Origin: a virus
Lineage: Duplodnaviria; Heunggongvirae; Uroviricota; Caudoviricetes
DNA: 64,000 nt
Reading direction: 5' to 3' (one strand)
Virus record (IMG/VR): IMGVR_UViG_2903405734_000002
Location: 1 to 64,000 of that record
Of the stretch, positions 18,720 to 28,245 are shown in pieces. How positions within the stretch are numbered: the first letter of the stretch is position 1; every line of letters starts with the position of its first letter. Below the pieces are notes generated by a model. It made no database searches, was not told the DNA's origin, and was given only the letters and a program-made list of their open reading frames with translations. The translations under genes and the position numbers were made by a program.

Positions 18720-20594
18720 ATGAAAAACAAAGGGTTTACTCTTCTAGAATTATTGTTGGTTATTGGCATCACAACATCAATGGCTATTGTTTCGTTTCAA
18801 GATAAGATGCTTGAGACGGAGCAATACCAGGCAAGAAAATTAGGGATGGAGTTGTTTCAATACAACTCCGCTGTTCAAAACTATCTGGCACATCAATCTG
18901 GAAACCCTAACCCTAAATCACTGGAAAAAACGCACATTGGTGTAAAGTGGCTTAAGTCCACCAGCTGCGGCGGAGAGAGTGATAAAGAGTGGTTGTCTTG
19001 TAATTTTCTTGGGTACACAAATGGGAAAACCTCGTTTGGCAGGCTCTCGTTTAGTACAACCATTGTGTATGAGAACAATAACGTTCTTACTGCTAGAACA
19101 GTTATGAGCAAGCTGAATGTCGGCACCGCTGGTAAGAACCAGGAGAGGGCTGATCTCAGTGGTCTTGCAGCTATGGTGGCATCAGGGGCCTATGCCGTCA
19201 GTGAGGATGGAAGAGCTGCCAGCGCTCAAGATAGCACCATCGTTTACTGCCCAGATACATCCATTCCAACAGCCAGCACAGCGGCTTGTCAGGGTGAGAA
19301 AGGGGTAATAGTGATGATTGGCCGAAATCAGAGCTCATCAGACAGATGGCTAAGGGTTGATCATGGTAACGTGATGCAAAACGCTTTGGAATTTCGGACA
19401 GGGGACTCCACGCCATCAACGCAATCAGAGCTTTCTGCAATAGATGGATTCAATAGACAGATCCGTAATGTAGCTCGAATTTACAACCTTGGAGATAGCA
19501 ATAGTAATTCATCTAGTGACAACCTTTATCTCGGAAAGAAATATGGCAATGCAGCAAAAAGCATGGCTACTCTTGCAAACAATGCAGTTATTGTTGATGC
19601 CGACCAAGAAATTCTTGGAAGGTTGGTTGTTTCTTCGTCTATTCAGGCCAAAGGCAATATCTCCACAGAAAAAGATATTAGTGCAAAAGGAAATATCTCA
19701 TCTGACGGCAAGATTACAGCCAATCAAGATATTGAATCAAAGAAAAACATCTATGCGAATGGAAATCTTATTTCAGCAGGTGATGCAAACATTGGAAATA
19801 CTCTTAATGTAACAAGGGATGCCGCGATTAATGGTGCAGCAACGATAAACGGAATTGTTACAGCAAAAAGTAAAATGGCTGTTGGCGATGATGCCACGTT
19901 CAATGGAAACATCTTCGGAAAGAAAAGTATTTTTGTAGATCAAAACGGAACATTCAACGGCATCGTTTCAACTCAAAGATTGGTTGATGCCAATAATAAT
20001 GGATATTATGTAGACCCCAGCGATACATCAAGACTAAATAGCGTGAATGCGAACTATCTAAAATCATATGGAGATATCTCTTCTGATGGAAGTATTTATG
20101 CAAATGGAAATATGAGTGCTAATGGCAATGTATCATCAGGAAACATTGCATCAGGAAAGTATATTCTTCCAAACCAGGTTGTTGGCGTAAATAGTTCCTG
20201 TGCGGGCCTTCCTTCTGGAACAATCGCAAAAAGTCCGCAAGGAGAGATTTTAAGTTGCCAATCTGGAATTTGGGCGGGTTCAAAAAGTGACATGCAGACT
20301 TTTTCTGGCAATAGCTCAATTAGCGGATTGACGCCATACAAAAAATATCTTGTCACAGTGTATGGCATTACTGATGACAAAGGGGAGAGAGGTGCGTGGT
20401 TAGGGCCTGTTAAAGTAACCAACAGCAGTGGGGGAGTAATTGATACTACAAGTAGTCTTGATATAAACTGGATGGATGGAAATACCCCTCAGAGTGCTGT
20501 TTTTATAATTAACGCTCCATATGATGGTGTTATTTATGGATATACAGATAATGACAATGCTGCGCTTAATATGAAAGCAGTTTCCCTTAATTAA
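18720..20594 (+). CDS. large type IV pilin-domain protein (paralogue 2 of 3)
   Basis: Leader MKNKG|FTLLELLLVIG. N-terminal about 300 aa is conserved with paralogue 1 (RADLSGLAA.VASGAY, DRWLRVDHGNVMQN, IRNVARIYNLGD). The C-terminal half diverges. Confidence 0.8.
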   Translation: MKNKGFTLLELLLVIGITTSMAIVSFQDKMLETEQYQARKLGMELFQYNSAVQNYLAHQSGNPNPKSLEKTHIGVKWLKSTSCGGESDKEWLSCNFLGYTNGKTSFGRLSFSTTIVYENNNVLTARTVMSKLNVGTAGKNQERADLSGLAAMVASGAYAVSEDGRAASAQDSTIVYCPDTSIPTASTAACQGEKGVIVMIGRNQSSSDRWLRVDHGNVMQNALEFRTGDSTPSTQSELSAIDGFNRQIRNVARIYNLGDSNSNSSSDNLYLGKKYGNAAKSMATLANNAVIVDADQEILGRLVVSSSIQAKGNISTEKDISAKGNISSDGKITANQDIESKKNIYANGNLISAGDANIGNTLNVTRDAAINGAATINGIVTAKSKMAVGDDATFNGNIFGKKSIFVDQNGTFNGIVSTQRLVDANNNGYYVDPSDTSRLNSVNANYLKSYGDISSDGSIYANGNMSANGNVSSGNIASGKYILPNQVVGVNSSCAGLPSGTIAKSPQGEILSCQSGIWAGSKSDMQTFSGNSSISGLTPYKKYLVTVYGITDDKGERGAWLGPVKVTNSSGGVIDTTSSLDINWMDGNTPQSAVFIINAPYDGVIYGYTDNDNAALNMKAVSLN

Positions 20595-20606
20595 AAGGAT
20601 AATAAA

Positions 20607-22415
20607 GTGAAAAATAAAGGGTTTACGCTGCTTGAGTTGCTGCTGGTGATTGGTATCACTACATCAATGGCGGTAGTAACTTTTCAAGACAAGATGCTTG
20701 AGACAGAGCAGTCTCAGGCTCGCCGACTCGGCATGGAGATCTTCCAGTACAACTCCGCCGTTCAGAACTATCTGGCCCACCAATCGGGCCAGCAAAACCC
20801 TGCATCAGTGGCAGGTACATTCAAAGGGGTGAATTGGCTTAAGTCCACCAGCTGCGGAGGAATGGCTGATAAGGCATGGCTGTCGTGCAATTTCCTGAGT
20901 CACAGTGGGGGGAAAACCACTCTTGGCCGTCTCGGCTTTACCACTGAGATTAAGTATGACCCCTCAGTTGGGTTAACTGGCCGAACAGTGATGGATAAGC
21001 TCTCTCTCGGGAGTGGGAGTAGTACACAGGAACGTGCTGACCTATCTGGCCTGGCCGCACTGGTGGCATCTGGTGCCTATGCTGTCAGTGAAGACGGAAA
21101 AGCAGTGAGAGCTCAGGATAGTACAGTTGCCTACTGCCCAGACACAGCAGGGACATCTCCTATCAATGCAGTATGCCAAGGCGATAAGGGCAGCATCGTG
21201 ATGCTCAGCCGCAATCTCAGCGCTGCTGACCGCTGGCTCAGGGTTGATCATGGCAACGCCATGCAGAATGCACTGGAATTCCGCACAGGCGATCCTACGC
21301 CTGCCAGCCAAACTGATATCCAGGCTATCGATTCCGTCAGTCGCCAGATCCGCAACGTGGCTCGCATCTACAATCTCGGCAACAGTAACAGCAATGGCGA
21401 AAGCGACAACCTCTACCTGGGCAAAAGGTACGGGAATGCAGCCAAGAGCATGGCAACACTCCCTAGCAACGCCGTTGTCATCGATGCCGATCAGGAGGTG
21501 CTAGGGAAGCTGGTCGTAGCTGCATCTATTGATGCAAAAGGGGATATAAGCACAAAGGCCAACTTCAAGGCAGACGGAAGTGCGATCATCAAAAAAGACA
21601 TTAGCGCAGGAAGTGACCTATCTGTTGGAGGAAAGACAACTCTTGCCGGAGATGTTGCGGCTCAGAGTAATGTCTCTATTGGCAAATCACTGTCAGTGGC
21701 CGGAGAGATTGAAGGTAAGCAAAACCTCAAAATTGCCAATGGAGGTAACTTTGGTGGGGATGTTATCGCCAAGAACATTACTGCTGGAGGCAAGATTGCA
21801 GGCGGCACACTCAATATCAGTGGTTCTGGCTACTTCAATGGCGAGCTTTTCGCTCAACGGCTTGTTGACTCAAATGATCCAGCCTATCTGGTTGACCCCA
21901 ATAATGAGTCAAATTTCAATGAGGTGCGGGTTACAACACTAAATGCTCGGGGCAACGTCAATGCTACCAATGTCAACGCAACCAATGAGGTGAGGAGCAG
22001 GACGGTCATTGCCAATGGTGATACCGTTGCTGGTGGCTATGCAGCAGGCCAATATTTGCTATCAAACGGCACAGCTTGGGAAGGTGGGTCATGTCATGGT
22101 GTAGCACATGGGGCAATCTCAAAGGATCCATCTGGCGGACTTCTTACTTGCAAGGGCGGTGTTTGGAAGAGTCCATCGCAAGCGATGCAGATCACCACTG
22201 CTTATGGGCCTGTCTCCGCTTGTAGAGGAACCTCAACAGCAACATGCCCTGCTGGCACCAAAGTTATTTCTGGAGGTCATCACTGGCAGGGTTCTTGTGG
22301 GTGTGGAGAAGAGCACCGCTTTATCCTCAATAGTGCCCCTAATGGAACAAGAGCCTGGAGTGCTCAGATGGAGTGTTCTCATGTTATGGCGGTAGCCATA
22401 TGCGTGACAGAATGA
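20607..22415 (+). CDS. large type IV pilin-domain protein (paralogue 3 of 3), visibly higher GC
   Basis: Same leader and core as paralogues 1 and 2. Distinct Cys-rich C-terminus. Nucleotide composition is clearly more GC-rich than copies 1 and 2. Confidence 0.8.
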   Translation: MKNKGFTLLELLLVIGITTSMAVVTFQDKMLETEQSQARRLGMEIFQYNSAVQNYLAHQSGQQNPASVAGTFKGVNWLKSTSCGGMADKAWLSCNFLSHSGGKTTLGRLGFTTEIKYDPSVGLTGRTVMDKLSLGSGSSTQERADLSGLAALVASGAYAVSEDGKAVRAQDSTVAYCPDTAGTSPINAVCQGDKGSIVMLSRNLSAADRWLRVDHGNAMQNALEFRTGDPTPASQTDIQAIDSVSRQIRNVARIYNLGNSNSNGESDNLYLGKRYGNAAKSMATLPSNAVVIDADQEVLGKLVVAASIDAKGDISTKANFKADGSAIIKKDISAGSDLSVGGKTTLAGDVAAQSNVSIGKSLSVAGEIEGKQNLKIANGGNFGGDVIAKNITAGGKIAGGTLNISGSGYFNGELFAQRLVDSNDPAYLVDPNNESNFNEVRVTTLNARGNVNATNVNATNEVRSRTVIANGDTVAGGYAAGQYLLSNGTAWEGGSCHGVAHGAISKDPSGGLLTCKGGVWKSPSQAMQITTAYGPVSACRGTSTATCPAGTKVISGGHHWQGSCGCGEEHRFILNSAPNGTRAWSAQMECSHVMAVAICVTE

Positions 22416-22526
22416 TTTTTTAATATTTTTTGAAAAAAGAACTAGACAGGCATTAATTTGTGGATTAATATCTAAAAACACCCTGACGAAAGGCACAAAC
22501 GAGTCGTCAGGAGTAAGTGAAGAAGT

Positions 22527-22602
<76 letters not shown>

Positions 22603-22605
22603 GAG

Positions 22606-22681
<76 letters not shown>

Positions 22682-22683
22682 AT

Positions 22684-22759
22684 TCTCTCGTAGTTCAGTC
22701 GGTAGAACGGTGGACTGTTAATCCATATGTCACAGGTTCAAGTCCTGTCGAGAGAGCCA
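22684..22759 (+). tRNA. tRNA-Asn(GTT)
   Basis: Acceptor TCTCTCG/CGAGAGA, anticodon loop ctGTTaa, CCA encoded. Confidence 0.85.
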
Positions 22760-22816
22760 AATTTCTTCTGTCGATGCATTTCGGCAAGAAGAGAGCCGAA
22801 AGGCTCGCCTGTTTGA

Positions 22817-22892
22817 TGCGAGGTAGAGCAGTTGGTAGCTTACGGGCCTCATAAGTCCGTGGTCGCTGGTTCGAGTCCAGCCCTCGCTTCCA
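22817..22892 (+). tRNA. tRNA-Met(CAT), with 1:72 mismatch
   Basis: Anticodon loop ctCATaa, T-arm GCTGG-TTCGAGT-CCAGC, CCA encoded. Positions 1 and 72 are T:T. Confidence 0.8.
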
Positions 22893-22898
22893 AGATTT

Positions 22899-22975
22899 GG
22901 GATTGTAGCTCAGTTGGTTAGAGTGCTGGCCTGTCACGTCAGAGGTCGCGGGTTCGAGCCCCGTCAGTCCCGCCA
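22899..22975 (+). tRNA. tRNA-Asp(GTC)
   Basis: Acceptor GGGATTG/CAGTCCC, anticodon loop ctGTCac, CCA encoded. Confidence 0.85.
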
Positions 22976-22980
22976 TACAT

Positions 22981-23064
22981 GCGAATGTGGTGAAATTGGT
23001 AGACGCAGGACATTTAAAATGTTCCGCCTTTGGCGTGTCGGTTCGATCCCGACCATTCGCACCA
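22981..23064 (+). tRNA. tRNA-Leu(TAA)
   Basis: Acceptor GCGAATG/CATTCGC, anticodon loop ttTAAaa, long variable arm, CCA encoded. Confidence 0.85.
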
Positions 23065-23258
23065 GTTTCAGGGGCCTTCATGTTGAGGGCGTCCTGTTGA
23101 GTAAAGGCGCACCAAGTGCGTATTTTTAGTGATGCATCAGGAATGCATCCTCAAGCAGTGAAGTTGTGTTTTAGCAGTACCTAAAAAATTTAATTCAACA
23201 AAAATAATAACATCACCTCAGAGTGATGTTTTTTATTTCTAAAAAACGGAGTTTCAAT

Positions 23259-24644
23259 ATGATTGATACCAACGTGTTCTACATGCTTGGCCTTGTAGTC
23301 TTTCTTGTCGGCTGCTTTGCGCTTGCTAAGCTCTTGCTCAGTCTGCGCCGAGTTGTTCCTACCAACATGGTGCATATCGTTCAAAGCAAGAACGTGACCA
23401 AGACCTACGGTAAGGGCAAAGACTTTGGTAACGTCTACTACAAATGGCCGGAGTGGATCCCGTATCTGGGTGTGATGGTCACCGAATTTCCTGAGTCGAT
23501 CTTCCAGGTTAGCCTGACTGGTTATGATGCATACGACCAGAAAAAACTGCCGTTCATTGTGGATATCGTGGCATTTTTCAGGATTAAAGATGCTGGTGTC
23601 GCAGCACAGCGCGTAGCTTCCTTCCAAGAACTGCGAACTCAGCTGGAAAACATCGTTCAGGGTTCTGTTCGCCGTATCCTGGGTGGTTCTGAGCTGGACT
23701 CCATTATGACCGAGCGTTCTGTGTTTGGTGATCAGTTCACCGAAGAAGTAAGGCTTCAAGTCGAAGAGTGGGGCGTACTTCCGGTTAAGATGATTGAATT
23801 CATGGATATCCGCGACAAGCAGGGCTCCAGTGTTATTGAAGACATGATGGCGAAAGAAAAATCTCGCATCAACATGGAGTCTCGTACCCAGATTGCTGAA
23901 AACAACAAGCAGGCAACTGTAAAAGAGGTTGAAGCCTCGCAGGTCATCGAGTCAGCAAAAATCGAAGCGAAACAGCAGGTCAGTCTGAAAAACGCAGAGG
24001 TTCAATTGAACGTTGGTCTGGCCGATGAAAGAGCCAAGCAAGAAAACCACATTGCTCGTGCTGTAACTATCGAGAAAGAGATGCTTGCCTCCAAAGTGAG
24101 CCAGGTATCCAGCGCAGAGATTGAGCGTGAAGTTGCGTCTGTTCAAGCTCAGCAGAAGAAAGAGGTTGAAGTAATTACAGCGGATGCTCGCGCCTCTGTT
24201 CTCAAGATCGATACTGCTGCACATGCAGAAGCCAAAGTGAAAGAGGCCGAAGGTTTGCTGCAAGCCGCCAGGATGGAGTCTGAGGGGGTTATTGCCATCG
24301 GTGATGCGAAAGCTAAAGCAGAAGAAGCCATGCTGATGGCTCCTGTTAATGCCCAGATCGCTCTCTCCAAAGAGATTGGTAGCAACCAGGGATACCAAGA
24401 ATACCTCATCACCACCAACAAGATTGAGGCGGCTAAAGAGGTTGGTATCGAGTCTGCCAAGGCTATGCAGAATGCAGAGCTCAAGGTTATTGCCAACACT
24501 GGCTCTCCCGATGCGGGTCTCTCATCTATCGCAGACGCCTTCACCGCAAAAGGTGGTGCTGGAATGATGGGAATGCTGGAGAACCTGGGACAATCAGAGT
24601 TCGGCAAAGACATTATCGGCAGGCTGTCAGGCCAAGCGAAGTAA
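23259..24644 (+). CDS. SPFH/band-7 flotillin-like protein (YqiK/FloT-like)
   Basis: N-terminal TM helix, SPFH domain, long Ala/Glu/Lys coiled-coil C-terminus. Start set at MIDTN (RBS ACGGAG). Terminator 24659-24688. Confidence 0.8.
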   Translation: MIDTNVFYMLGLVVFLVGCFALAKLLLSLRRVVPTNMVHIVQSKNVTKTYGKGKDFGNVYYKWPEWIPYLGVMVTEFPESIFQVSLTGYDAYDQKKLPFIVDIVAFFRIKDAGVAAQRVASFQELRTQLENIVQGSVRRILGGSELDSIMTERSVFGDQFTEEVRLQVEEWGVLPVKMIEFMDIRDKQGSSVIEDMMAKEKSRINMESRTQIAENNKQATVKEVEASQVIESAKIEAKQQVSLKNAEVQLNVGLADERAKQENHIARAVTIEKEMLASKVSQVSSAEIEREVASVQAQQKKEVEVITADARASVLKIDTAAHAEAKVKEAEGLLQAARMESEGVIAIGDAKAKAEEAMLMAPVNAQIALSKEIGSNQGYQEYLITTNKIEAAKEVGIESAKAMQNAELKVIANTGSPDAGLSSIADAFTAKGGAGMMGMLENLGQSEFGKDIIGRLSGQAK

Positions 24645-24817
24645 TCAAAAAGCACACCAAAAGCCAGACAAATGTCTGGCTTTTTTTGATTAAAAATATA
24701 TCAAATAAAGAACGAAGGCGAAAAAACGAAAAAAAACAGAATAATTAGATTGACCATAAATAACTAACTTGGTATAGTGTGTTCATCAGGTGAGGGGAAC
24801 ACCCCAAAATACTAGAT

Positions 24818-24945
24818 GACTTGAGACTTGCATATAGTGCGACTAGGCAAGCCGCCATAGAGGATTTATGGTGTTTAGATTATTTAAGACTTGTATATAG
24901 TGCGACTAGACAAGCCACCATAAGTGATGTATGGTGTAGTAAATT
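24818..24945 (+). repeat. Direct repeat, 2 x about 66 bp, each with a hairpin (gccaccata...tatggtg)
   Basis: ttgagacttgcatatagtgcgactaggcaagccgccatagaggatttatggtgt repeats as ttaagacttgtatatagtgcgactagacaagccaccataagtgatgtatggtgt. A related hairpin recurs in the terminator after the tRNA. Confidence 0.7.
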
Positions 24946-24952
24946 TATAAAT

Positions 24953-25029
24953 GGCCCCGTATCACAATCGGTTAGTGGAGCGTCCTCATAAGGCGTAACG
25001 TCTCGGTTCGAGTCCGAGCGGGGCCACCA
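24953..25029 (+). tRNA. tRNA-Ile2-like (anticodon CAT, lysidine type)
   Basis: Acceptor GGCCCCG/CGGGGCC resembles E. coli ileX/ileY (GGCCCCT). Anticodon loop ctCATaa. CCA encoded. Strong terminator hairpin follows at 25046-25097. Confidence 0.75.
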
Positions 25030-25169
25030 TTTTCAAATAAATTCAGAGCCACCATAGATGATATTGAAAATATCTCTTTGGTGGCTTTGTTTTTTTATTT
25101 TTGTTATATGCTGGTGGTTTATTGACTATAACTCACACATGCAAATATAATATTGAAAAATAAATCACA

Positions 25170-25532
25170 ATGGATGGTTTCATAATGATGAATAATGTCG
25201 TGCTTAATCCAGTCCTTACGAAAGTGAGCGTAACGGGAAGAAATAAAAAGGGGCTTTCTTTTTCTTTTCTTACCAATGAAAATGTAAATCTTGGTGATCT
25301 AGTTGAGATCAATATAAACAACAAGGCATTTTCATTTGAGATTTGCGAAATGGAAATTAGCGGCTCTAATCTTCTTTGTCACTGCCGAGAGTATGGTTAT
25401 TTTGCAGAATTTCTTTCTTACCATTATTCAGGAATGGGTATTTCCTTGTTTGACATCCAGCATCTGGACGTATCTTTTATCTGTGATAAGGATAAAATCA
25501 AGCAATTGAATGATGCTAGTTCTTGGACTTAA
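25170..25532 (+). CDS. hypothetical protein (120 aa)
   Basis: ORF only. Weak PilZ-like hints not supported. Confidence 0.4.
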   Translation: MDGFIMMNNVVLNPVLTKVSVTGRNKKGLSFSFLTNENVNLGDLVEININNKAFSFEICEMEISGSNLLCHCREYGYFAEFLSYHYSGMGISLFDIQHLDVSFICDKDKIKQLNDASSWT

Positions 25533-25547
25533 CAACAACAAAATGGA

Positions 25548-26000
25548 GTGCCTATGGTAAATAATGTTTCACCATCAAAAGCCTATGTAGCAGCGACAGC
25601 GGCATGTATTTGCCTGTCTATCGGTGCATACCTTATTGGAGTGTGGCGATCTGGTATGCAGCTTAATGAGCAGGGATACTACCTTATTTGCTTGCTCTTC
25701 GGTCTGTTTTCGTCTGTTACCTTGCAGAAGGTAATTCGCGACAAAAGCGAAGGGATCCAGGTAAGCGAAAAGTATCGACTAATCACTGTTTTTGCAATGG
25801 TCTCATCGGTAGCTCTTTTTGCTATCGGTCTGTTCAATGCAAGCATGCTGCCTAGCGAGAAGGGGTTCTTTGCTATGGCGTACATCCTGGCGATGTATAG
25901 CAGCATCACAGCCCAGAAGAACGAGGCAGACAGGCGAGCGTGTGGTGAGCCAGCGCAAGCGTCACAGCAGACCCTTGTAAGCACCACAGTTGAAGATTAA
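25548..26000 (+). CDS. small inner-membrane protein (4 predicted TM helices)
   Basis: Hydrophobic segments. Possibly YiaA/B-like. Confidence 0.5.
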   Translation: MPMVNNVSPSKAYVAATAACICLSIGAYLIGVWRSGMQLNEQGYYLICLLFGLFSSVTLQKVIRDKSEGIQVSEKYRLITVFAMVSSVALFAIGLFNASMLPSEKGFFAMAYILAMYSSITAQKNEADRRACGEPAQASQQTLVSTTVED

Positions 26001-26044
26001 TAGCACTGCCGAAAGGCAGTGTTTTTCGTTATGGATAAGAAAAA

Positions 26045-26416
26045 ATGAATAATAAAAACAAAAAAAGCACAAGAAAAATTAGAATGAGCAAGGCTCTTGA
26101 GGGTAGGCTTCTCTCCTCTGTTAGACAAGGAAGAAGAGAGACCATATTCAAGATAATCGGAAAGAAGAATAATGACATTGTTCCTTGCTATGTTTGTGGG
26201 GAGCATGTAAAAAAAGAGCAGGCTACACTAGAACATATAATTCCTCTATCACTTGGCGGCACCGATGACATGGACAACCTGTGGATCTCGCATGAGAAGT
26301 GCAACAGACGAAGAGGAAATAACCTGAAATATCCTTGTTTTGGAGCGCCTCCTGAACTAAGGATTTCATCCGACAGAAAAAAACACCATGAAGACCTCTT
26401 GGAAGACCTTCATTAA
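26045..26416 (+). CDS. HNH endonuclease
   Basis: CYVCGEHV...LEHIIPLSLGGTDDMDNLWISHEKCNRRRGN (C-x2-C ... H ... N ... H-x2-C). Confidence 0.75.
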   Translation: MNNKNKKSTRKIRMSKALEGRLLSSVRQGRRETIFKIIGKKNNDIVPCYVCGEHVKKEQATLEHIIPLSLGGTDDMDNLWISHEKCNRRRGNNLKYPCFGAPPELRISSDRKKHHEDLLEDLH

Positions 26417-26431
26417 CGGGAATCATCAGCA

Positions 26432-27085
26432 ATGCACGAAAGCATATATCCATTAAACTTCCCCATTGAGGGGGAGGGTAAATTGCGTTTTGGAATGAAA
26501 GCCCAGGGCTGTCTGCCATTTGTCCAGCGGTCTGTTGCTGATGGGCAGGGTTGGAAGCAGATAGCAAGGAGCATAGGCTGGGTGGCTTTTTCTGCCATGC
26601 AGGAATACACCTCAATATCATTGTCTGATTTTCTTTCTGAGAAGGGACTGCTAATTGACTCATGCAACAGGAATCCATTTTTTGGGTTCGCGCTGTACGA
26701 CCAAGAGACAAGCTGCATCGACATAAAAAGAGATAGGGAAAATAACCAAGAGCCAGGCTCTATGTTTCAAGCGCTGGTGGTTTGTGCTCAATTTATAGCC
26801 ACAAACAAAGCTGTATTTGATCAAGGCCCAATCCAATCGCCAGAAATATACATGGAGAATGACTCAGAGCCTCGTGACATGGTATTTCATGCCTACCTAA
26901 GAAAAAACGGGGTCGAGATCATCGTATCTGACAGAGCCTATCATGGCGCAATCGAAAGAATAGCCTCTATGCTTCAACATGGATATATTTTGATCTCAAG
27001 CGTGTTTTTTGATTTGGTTGATATAGATAACGCTCAAAAAGCGTTCGTTTCTGATTCTGCCGTCAAAAAAAGCCTGTTTTTTTGA
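26432..27085 (+). CDS. hypothetical protein (217 aa)
   Basis: ORF only. Confidence 0.45.
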   Translation: MHESIYPLNFPIEGEGKLRFGMKAQGCLPFVQRSVADGQGWKQIARSIGWVAFSAMQEYTSISLSDFLSEKGLLIDSCNRNPFFGFALYDQETSCIDIKRDRENNQEPGSMFQALVVCAQFIATNKAVFDQGPIQSPEIYMENDSEPRDMVFHAYLRKNGVEIIVSDRAYHGAIERIASMLQHGYILISSVFFDLVDIDNAQKAFVSDSAVKKSLFF

Positions 27086-27146
27086 TAAAAATTATCTAAG
27101 AGGGGTTGCGCTATGTTTTATTATAGCTATAATAACTACATCGATT

Positions 27147-27514
27147 GGGGCTGACCTGGTTTCGACAGGGTATAGGTGCCTGAATTGCGAGTCGTGTGTT
27201 ATGTATCACACGTAAATCCATGCATAAAACAAATAATCGCTAACGACGAAAGCTTCGCTGTCGCCGCCTAATAAGCGGTAGACAGCCTCTCCACTCAGGG
27301 TTTCTCAGGGCCTAGAGAACATGGAGAGTCAAGTCTCCCTGAGATCGCGTGGCGGCTTCTGTCAGTAGCCAAGACGCTAAACGTAACCTGACTCGCCGGA
27401 GGAATGATTTGCCCATCAATCATCTTCCTGGCTAAAAAAATGATGAGGCTATGCTCGTAGATGTTCAACGCACTGGTGTTCTGGACGCGGGTTCGATTCC
27501 CGCCAGCTCCACCA
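27147..27514 (+). ncRNA. ssrA: tmRNA (SsrA), tag peptide ANDESFAVAA
   Basis: 5' GGGGCTGAcctggtttcgac. Resume codon gct then AACGACGAAAGCTTCGCTGTCGCCGCCTAA. 3' tRNA-like end GGACGCGGGTTCGATTCCCGCCAGCTCCACCA. 368 nt. Confidence 0.95.
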
Positions 27515-27600
27515 CAGATTCAGATGAGTCCTGGGTTTTGTTTTAATCCAGGATTTGTTTTTTAAGGCTCCATGTTTTTTATTGTTGGGGCGAATGATTT

Positions 27601-27695
27601 ACGAGGCTCCTCGCGGCTAGTTGCAGAGCGGCAAGAGGGTGGATGTGGTCTAACTGCAAGGGTCACTGCATGGTTCGAATCCTGCGGCCTCACCA
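27601..27695 (+). other. Degenerate tRNA/ssrA-3'-like remnant
   Basis: catGGTTCGAATCCtGCggcCTCACCA resembles the ssrA 3' end GGTTCGATTCCCGCCAGCTCCACCA, but the T-stem is disrupted by an extra T. Lies 90-180 bp downstream of ssrA. Confidence 0.4.
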
Positions 27696-27769
27696 AATTG
27701 GCTCAAAAGAGCTTTTGTTTTGAGTGTTAGCTGGTCTAACATGTTGTTAATATCGTCTGAGGATTTTTT

Positions 27770-28234
27770 ATGCAAGAAGGTAGCAAAAAGCTTTCTTGCG
27801 GGATTCTTATCGTAGACGCAAACAAAAACATCTTGATGCTGCATGCAACAGGGCAGAGCTTTTGGGATCTACCAAAGGGAACCCAGGATGAAGGCGAATC
27901 CACGATTGAGACTGCCGTAAGAGAAGTAGAGGAAGAAACCGGAATCAAGGTAGATCCATCAAAATGCATCGAGCTTGGCTGGTATGAATACAACAAGTTC
28001 AAGGATCTGTTCTTGTTCCTGTTGCCAGTTGACGAAGTTGATCTTAGTCAGCTCAAGTGCGATAGCTACTTCATTAATGGTAATGGCGAAGAGCTGCCAG
28101 AAGCAGATGCCTTCAAGATGATTCCCATTGAGAAAGCATCAAGTTTCATGTGCCAAAGCATGTCCAGGCTGTACAACAGCTGCCTCGAAAGAGACATCAA
28201 CATCATGCTTGATCGCTTCAAGAAAGCCGCATAA
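27770..28234 (+). CDS. NUDIX hydrolase
   Basis: Nudix box GTQDEGESTIETAVREVEEETGI. Confidence 0.8.
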   Translation: MQEGSKKLSCGILIVDANKNILMLHATGQSFWDLPKGTQDEGESTIETAVREVEEETGIKVDPSKCIELGWYEYNKFKDLFLFLLPVDEVDLSQLKCDSYFINGNGEELPEADAFKMIPIEKASSFMCQSMSRLYNSCLERDINIMLDRFKKAA

Positions 28235-28245
28235 AAAAAGCCTCG

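Noticed and set aside
22695-23129. 128-aa minus and 71-aa plus ORFs
   Set aside because: Span the six-tRNA cluster.
27601-27695. Intact tRNA gene (Ser/Leu/Sec type) downstream of ssrA
   Set aside because: No anticodon arm or D-arm could be folded and the T-stem is disrupted. Treated as a degenerate remnant rather than a functional tRNA.
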